Shown in pieces: positions 38,518 to 46,541 of a stretch of DNA of 46,541 bases. The DNA comes from Tubiluchus corallicola. Taxonomy: Eukaryota > Animalia > Priapulida. The translations under genes were made by a program, and so were the position numbers. Within the stretch, counting starts at the first letter, position 1. Each line of letters opens with the position of its first letter. Under the pieces are notes generated by a model. The model saw only the letters and a list, made by a program, of their open reading frames with translations, did no database searches and was not told the origin of the DNA. The stretch spans positions 1 to 46,541 of the forward strand of contig JAQGDQ010001334.1 of NCBI GenBank assembly GCA_030141605.1, in the 5' to 3' direction.

Positions 38518-41500
38518 ATGAAGTTACTGGCTTTTACCATGAATGTTACTAGAACTGTATGATGCAAAATTTGGACAATAAAACAGTAAACTTAGTTGCT
38601 GCAAAAACAAATAGTGACATCGTCTCACTTTTGATTGCAAGTGTATATAGTTATTGTCAGTTAAGATTAATGTTAAGAGAAAATAACTGTCGTTTTCTGT
38701 TTAGCTACCTTAATTTTTTAATTGCCAGTTAGAGCCTAACTTAAAGATAGCAGCTGCATATAAAACAGTTTTTGTAGAGCGTTTTAACACTTTTACGCTA
38801 AAACAAAGCAACTCGAGTTCCAAAACACAGTAGACGTTTTTATGCATGTAAACTAAAAATAAAAAAGTAACAAAGTGAGAAGAAATAAACGTAAAAATAA
38901 AGCCCAGAAAAAGTGTGCAAAGGAGAAAAAATGCAAGAACAAAAATATTAACAAATAAAAAAACCCGAAAATAATGCCATGGGAAACAAAGAAATTGAAG
39001 TAATCTTTTTTCCATGAATTCACGAATAGCCTACATTATAGGAACTTGCTTATTTGTAAGAAATTTGTTGTGTTAGTGTTCTCAGAAACTAAAAGCTTTC
39101 GAGTTTTTTTTTTACAACTGATAATTTTCATATAATATTACATAATATCTTTCAGCAAACGATTTTTAAAAAAACTAGTTTTACACTGCAAGATTACTGA
39201 TCTGCATTTTTTCAGCCTTTTTACTCTTTCACACGGCTATCATTCATTCTCAGCACTACTTCCATACCATGTTAAGCTCGTATATATTCGAGCTGAATCA
39301 TAAGTAGTTTCTGTTAAATGAAAATTTTCATATGCTATTTTATAGAATGGATTATTTTGACTATTTAAGATTATGTCCTGTTTTGCTTTAAATGTTTTTG
39401 CTTGACGGTCAGACGTACCTGTTATAAAAGAAGCTTGCAGGCCAACATAAATTGCACACAAAGCAATAACTACAAGTAAAAGCAGCAGTTCTGATCTAAT
39501 TCTTTTAAACTTCTCAGCAGCAATACTTGTATTTTACTGTTTTAGATTCGATTGTCTGACGTCAAAAAGGAAAATTGACTAAAAGAACGTGACAGTAACA
39601 CCAGGACAGAGTTGCGTTCAGAACGTGTCACTGATGCTTGACCTGGATCGTTTATCACAGAGCAACATAAAAATTACAGGATCAAAGGCAACTAGTCAGT
39701 GAGCTGAATACGCGAACGCGTGGCCCTGCACTCTAACAGAATTTAATTTATATCGAGTTTAGATGGTCATCAACAGATTATATGTCATTTTCTCCAACCG
39801 GAACTCAAGAAAATTTGAAGACCTCGGGGAAAATGCATTGACGTGTCATGCAGAATAGCAAGTCAATTTACTTTTACAGGTTCTGTCAAATAAGATCCAT
39901 TGCGATGTACCATTCACAAGGCAGGTGAAAGAATCTAACTGGAATAAAAAAAGTTAAAAAAAGAATAAATTTTGTTGTTTTGTTAAGAATGCATTACTAA
40001 CATGTTACATTATATAAAAGATTTTACATTACAAACCACGATAAAAATCGTTAGTAACTTTTCCATTTATTTTTTTCATTGTTGTTTTTTGAAAACGTTA
40101 AAGATCTGAGTTTTTTACAATTGCAATTGTGTTGACACTAGTATTGACTGCAGTGTTACAATCACTCCAAGGCATTTCAAAAAAATCTGTTTTGTAGAGG
40201 CGTTGCCTCGATTCTCTGTTTTCTGTTCTCTCTTTATACCGTTTCATTCTCAGGCTGATTTGGGCTGTTCATCTCAAAAAAGAGTTTCATACACATGTGC
40301 ACGTTGCTGAGACGCAGGGCAAAGGCTACAGATACTGTGGGGCCCCAACAATAACAAAAGCATGAATGTTGGATTTTTCCGATTTGGAATGAATTTATTC
40401 ATGTTCTACGTCCTAGACGGGCAAGTGAAACACAACAAAAGGAGAAGAGATTTTCAGATATTTACAAAGTTAAAATGAGATTTTGAAATATTAAATATAA
40501 TAAATACAAATTACAATAAATTACAAAGCAAATATTAATTTTGTCACAGGAGATGTGGCCTTGAGCATTGCAAGCAGGATTGTCAGTGTGGCAGTGATGG
40601 CACTGACGAAGTACCTTGCCTTGCTCTGACGCTCATTTATGAGACATAGCAGCATAGAATTGGGAACGAGTCTGGCTTGTGCTCGCCAGAAAGAAAAACA
40701 CTGCTATGTAAACTCGAAATTTTGCTACCCCACGTACAGTACGTGGCACTCGTGTTTTGTAAAAAAATGCATGAATACTAGTTTTCAAAAACTCATGGTA
40801 TTGTTGCATAACAAATTGTAAAATATTTAATAATAATAAATATAAAAAATACTACTAGTTTGGTAATTTTTTAGTTGCGGGCATCAAAAAAATGTGAGAA
40901 AAACACATGGCTGGGGTAACTTTTTATCCCACCTTGGTAGGTAAAGAGTTAATAACATGGCGTCCCAAATTTAACATTTTACTAAGTGTTTTGCTATACA
41001 TCAAACCTCTATATTTCGTACTTCAAACTTTTCTAACGCGAAATTAATATGGCTGTCCTAAGAAAGGTGTGTTCGACTTGCAATTGCACTGCAAACATGT
41101 TATGTTAGCTCAAGCTAAAATAACTTTAGCAGAATAAACATAAATGTTTACCTTTCAAAAAATGTAATACAAATGGGAACTTTGCAACCTCATTGCACAT
41201 ATCCGAGCACCAAATTTCGGAATCGCTTTTTTGTAGTATTTATTGTCGAAGTTGCTTTTGATGAGGTGCTATTATTTCTTTCGGGGTGCAATTTGGCTTG
41301 GTGTACTAAATATATTGTGCATTTCATAATACAACAGTTATTATTACAAAATAACGCATGTGCCACACTGTAAGTGCTGTGCTGACAAAAATGAGAATTT
41401 GGTAAGAGCAAAATCAATAATTTTTTCATGGGCAACATGAATTTCACTGACTGTCATTAAAACATTGGCAGTCAACAAAAATAATTAGCATAATGGCTAT

Positions 41501-42806
41501 AGTATAAATTGAAAATGCTTTTATTAGTGGAGGCAAATTAATAATTTTTAACAACTAATTAATAAGTGGGGAAACGGAAAGACATATAAAATTAAAATTT
41601 ATTTAAGCTCTATGTTCAACTATTTAACCCTTTACCGACCATGTGTTTTTATAACATGGTAAATGCCAATTTAGTTAACACCATGAATGTCTGGCTTAAC
41701 ATGTGTTACTAGCTGGATAAAATGATCAACTGGCGTCGAGCTGCTATATTAGTACCAAACCAAGTTTTGGGGCAAGTTGGGATAGATATGAGGGCAGCAA
41801 GCAGAAAAAAATGCGATCCACTATATTGTTTATGCATGTTGTCAAGTCTTGTTGTAATTCTTCTAACGATACAGAGATTCGTTATCGATTGATTAATTCA
41901 GAGACATTCATTTCGCCTTCACTTATAAAATTTTATAAAATTTTATCTTCATCAGTTTCAAACTTAATCATAGTTTAATCATACTCAAACTTTTCAAACT
42001 TAACGTATAACGAAAGTTCCCGCCATGTTACTAAATAAAGAATGTCTAGAAATACGAAATTTCTTCAGCAGTTTGTTAGAAAAATCAAAAATCATTTTAC
42101 AGAGGTATATGCTGCAAAGGTGGATTTGCAACACTTCTCTGTTGTCTAGGTGAACATATGGTGTTGCCTGAAACAAAAATGCTGCAATATAAACTCCAAA
42201 AATTGGAATTTATTTTGGAATTTCTGAAGAAATAAAATTTATATCCTAACTGCTTCTTGTATGATAACAAATTTACAGAACTTTCTTATATGTACAATCT
42301 ATAACACAGTAGAACAACGCAGGTGAGAACAACGCTTGGAACAGCCGCGAAATTTTTCAAACTCAAAGACAATGGATGTTCCAAATAGCGTGCAGCACAG
42401 GGGTTAGAAGAAGAACTTCGAAATACACCCCTTCCGTTTCGTCCAGTATACATCTCTCTTAAAGAAACCACCAAAACTTTGTAGACTGTTTCGTCCTCTT
42501 TCCGAGAGGATGCAAGTGTTATCAACAGGTTTCCAACGCTGCAGTTCTGAGCGTATAGGTCTGGGAAACCCCTGGTATGGGACACCTCAAATTTGAAAAA
42601 CACCTATAACACCGACAGTCGTCCGGGCTTTCCAACCATTATAATAAACCTATTCAGCCATTGTTCGCTACTGCCACAACAATGAAATTTGTGAAAGAGA
42701 ACAATGAGTTCTTTGATTTCTCCCCTAGTTACTAACTGCAATGTTTGAGTAGCGATTTTCCGAAAAATATCATAACATTGGAAGACGTCTGAAAGATTAA
42801 TTATGA

Positions 42807-44437
42807 CTAGCCAAACCCCACAAAAAGAATTTTGTGCACAAATCAACACACAACCCACACCACACCACTCCACCTCATCACACCACACTGCACCACACCA
42901 TACCACTCCACCTCATCGCACCACACTGCATCACACAATACCACCACACCGCACCACACCACACCATAGCACCTACACACCACACCACCCACACCATACC
43001 ACTCCACCACATCACACCACACCATACCACTGCACCACCCACCCGCCTACACACCACACCATACCACTCCACCACATCACACCACATCGCACCACACCAT
43101 ACCACTGCAGCACACCGCACCACCCACACACCACACCACCCACACCATACCACTCCACCACATCACACCACACCGCACCACACCATACCACTGCAGCACA
43201 CCGCACCACCCACACACCACACCACACCACCCACACCATACGACTCCACCACATCAAACCACACTGCACCACACCGCACCACCCACACACCACACCACAC
43301 CACCCACACCATAATACTCCACCACATCACACCGCACTGCACCACACCATAACACCACACTGCACCACAACACCCACCCACACACCACGCCACCCACTCC
43401 ATACCACACTACCCACACCACACCCCACACACCCTATCACCCCACCACACCATCCATAGCACAACACACAAAGCACACCACCACCACACCACATCAAATC
43501 CACCACCTCACGTGGTGATCATGATGTTGATGATGATGATGATGATGGTGGCAACGATGACGACACCTATAGCACAAGCACCAACAGCACAGCATTACAA
43601 CAAAACCATTCCAAACATTTTTCACAAAGTTGAAACTATGTGCTATAATATAATAAATAGCAAAAACCACGTGTAATCAATAATACGCGAACATCCTACC
43701 TAGTCCACATTTATAACACAAAGCCCGTAACATCGTGTCTACTGTTTGTTTAACTAACGCAAAGCCTGTAGCAGCTTTTTGCTGAATTAAAGCTATAAGA
43801 TTATAGCAGAGTACAATGGATGACGTCACAACAATGCCTTTGCGTCAGCCGTTTTCTAAGTGAAAATTGCCGAAAATGGAACTCCTAACTAACTCGCCAA
43901 TACTCCTCTCGGTGGACCTGCCCTAACATATATCCCACATCATCGTGTAGCCCCGTTCTTGCTCTTTCTAAAGAGCCATATATCTCTTTCCGAGAGTCCC
44001 ACCAGGCGCCGCTAGAACGTTTTTCCCGCAGGCTGTTTGATCAAAATTTCGAAAAAATCGCGAGTTGGGTACGGAAAAACGCCCGTTACGGGACCCCGTG
44101 GCCCTCTTGGGAATTCTAAATAGGCCTATGACACCCACCGCTGAACGGGCTATCTATCCATACCCAGCACCCCCCTCGGCCCGTTCCCGTTCTCTACATC
44201 TCAGCCGTATAACTTTTGCAAAAAACGGCCGAAAAATGGCCATTTTTGGAGGTTTTTCGCCCCCCGTTCCTCGCGGTGGGCCCAATTCGAAAAATAAACC
44301 CCCAATGAGACGACACTAGATCGAGACCTTTCGTTTGATATATAGATCGCCGCAAATGGTGCCCTCGTCCGGGCTGTAGCCTCGAATCTTATATATATAT
44401 AAATAAATATATATACCAAGAATATTAATATAAGAGA
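42807..44437 (-). mobile_element. Non-autonomous Helitron, unit 1 of a head-to-tail dimer
   Basis: Minus strand starts with TC (44437) and ends with CTAG (42807) followed by T. A perfect 7-bp hairpin cacaaaa-agaa-ttttgtg lies 8 nt inside the CTAG. There is no TIR or TSD. The interior has a CACCA-type satellite and (GAT)n. Confidence 0.8.
42845..43505 (+). repeat. CACCA/CACAC-rich complex satellite within Helitron unit 1 (longer counterpart about 44475-45260)
   Basis: Direct reading; source of the spurious His/Pro/Thr and Val/Trp/Cys ORFs. Confidence 0.95.
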
Positions 44438-46210
44438 CTAGCCAAACCCCGCAAAAAGAATTTTGTGCACAAATCAACACACAACCCACACCACACCACT
44501 CCACCTCATCACACCACACTGCACCACACCATACCACTCCACCTCATCGCACCACACCATACCACCTACACCATAATACTCCACCACATCACACCGCACA
44601 GCACCACACCATAACACCACACTGCACCACACCACCCACCCACCTACACACCACACCACCCACACCATGCGACTCCACCACATCACACCGCACCACTGCA
44701 GCACACCGCACCACCCACACACCACACCACACCACCCACACCATACGACTCCACCACATCACACCACACTGCACCACACCATACCACTCCACCACATCAC
44801 ACCACACTGCACCACACCATACCACTGCACCACCCACGCACCACACCACACCACCCACACCATAATACTCCACCACATCACACCGCACAGCACCACACCA
44901 CCCACCCACCCACCCACCACACCACACCACCCACACCATACCACTCCACCACACCACACCGCACCACACCATACCACTGCAGCACACCGCACCACCCACA
45001 CACTACACCACCCACACCATACGACTCCACCACATCACACCACACTGCACCACACCATACCACTGCACTGCACCACCCACACCATAATACTCCACCACAT
45101 CACACCGCACTGCACCACAACACCCACCCACCCACACACCACGCTACCCACTCCATACCACACTACCCACACCACACCCCACACACCCTATCACCCCACC
45201 ACACCATCCATAACACAACACACAAAGCACACCACCACCACTCCACATCAAATCCACCACCTCATGTGGTGATCATGATGTTGATGATGATGATGGTGGT
45301 GGTGGCAACGATGACGACACCTATAGCACAAGCACCAACAGCACAGCATTACAACAAAACCATTCCAAACATTTTTCACAAAGTTGAAACTATGTGCTAT
45401 AATATAATAAATAGCAAAGGCCCCGCAAAAGATTTTGCGTAAAAAACCACGTATAATCAATAACACGCGAACATTCTACCTAGTCCTCATTTTTAACACA
45501 AAGCCCGTAGCAGCTTTTACTGAATTACAGCAGCGTAGCAGCTTTTTGCTGAATTAAAGCTATAAGATTATAGACAGAATACAATGGAGGACGTCAGCAC
45601 AATGCCTTTGCGTCACCAGTTTTCTAAGCGAAAATTGTCGAAAATGGAACCTCTAATTAACTCGCCAGTACTCCTCTCGGTGGACGTGTCCTAAAATATA
45701 GCCTACATCATCGTGTAGCCCCGTTCTTCGTCTTTCTAAAGAGCTATATATCTCCTTCCGAGAGTCCCACCAGGCGCCGCTAGAACGTTTTTTCCGCATG
45801 CTGTTTGATCAAAATTTCGAAAAAATCGCGAGTTGGCTCCGGGAAAACGCCCGTTGCGGGACGCCGTGGCCCTCTCGCGAATTCTAAATAGGCCTATGAC
45901 ACCCATCGCTGAACGGGCTATCTATCCATACCCAAAACCACCCTCGGCCCATTCCCGTTCTCTACATCTCAGGCGTATAACTTTTGCAAAAAACGGCCGA
46001 AAAATGGCCATTTTTGGAGGTTTTTCGCCCCCCGTTCCTCGCGGTGGGCCCGATTCGAAAAATAAACCCCCAATGAGACGACACTAGATCGAGACCTTTC
46101 TTTTGATATATAGATCGCCGCAAATGGTGCCCTCGCCCGGGCTGTAGCCTCGAATCTTATATATAAATAAATATATTAAGATACCAAGAATATTAATATA
46201 AGAGTATAGA
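44438..46210 (-). mobile_element. Non-autonomous Helitron, unit 2 of the dimer
   Basis: Minus strand reads A|TCTATACTCTTATATT at 46210 and ends CTAG at 44438, abutting the TC start of unit 1. The core is about 93-95% identical to unit 1 by eye. Confidence 0.8.
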
Positions 46211-46334
46211 TGTCAGAATGAACAGAGTGCAGCTATCATCATCGTGCAATGTCAAAGCGGAAAGATCAGAAGTGATGCAGTGGTATTTTGTGCGAGGCAT
46301 ATGAGATTAGTGACTAGTAAAAACCAGACAGTGA

Positions 46335-46541
46335 GAGAGTGATTGAGCGAGTGAGTGAGTGAGTGAGTGAGTGAGTGAGTGAGTGAGTGAGTGAGTGAGT
46401 GAGTGAGTGAGTGCGTACATGCGTGCATAAGCGAGCGAGTGAGCAAGTGAGTGAGTGAGTGAATGTGTGAGTGAGTGAGTGAGTGTGCGAGTGAGTGAGT
46501 GAGTGTGTGAGTGAGTGAGTAAGTAGGCAAGTAAGTAAATA
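46335..46541 (+). repeat. (GAGT)n microsatellite
   Basis: Direct reading. Confidence 0.95.

Noticed and set aside
42803-45272. His/Pro/Thr-rich and Val/Trp/Cys-rich ORFs up to 218 aa
   Set aside because: These are translations of the CACCA satellite, open in several frames on both strands.
44065-46087. Duplicated 84-aa ORFs 44065-44319 and 45833-46087
   Set aside because: They have non-ATG starts within the GC-rich Helitron core and show no Rep/helicase or other recognisable motif.

Overview
This is AT-rich, intron-containing animal (probably invertebrate) nuclear DNA, dominated by transposon relics, local duplications and microsatellites. It is not prokaryotic and has no CRISPR array or RNA genes that I can support. 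The only clear host genes are two minus-strand, three-exon secreted C-type lectins (perlucin-like; WIGG, EPN and WND motifs; 176 aa). They sit in a tandem segmental duplication (about 14378-25978 and 26931-39685). The right copy is intact; the left copy has an in-frame TGA at a conserved Trp. By hand count, the two copies differ by about 3% in the signal exon, about 10% in exon 2 and about 19% in the sugar-binding exon 3, against about 4-5% in the adjacent 3'UTR and intron. Positions 2.5-14.3 kb hold a family of palindromic (foldback) elements made of two tail-to-tail pieces of an AcademX-like transposase C-terminus (XPG-like plus Cys-rich). Part of this region has been rearranged into a duplication / inverted triplication / duplication. 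The right end carries a head-to-tail non-autonomous Helitron dimer with a decayed internal 3' terminus. Two TG..CA LTR-like insertions with target-site duplications, decayed hAT-like fragments and a 72-bp minisatellite are also present. All identities and family assignments are by eye, without database searches.
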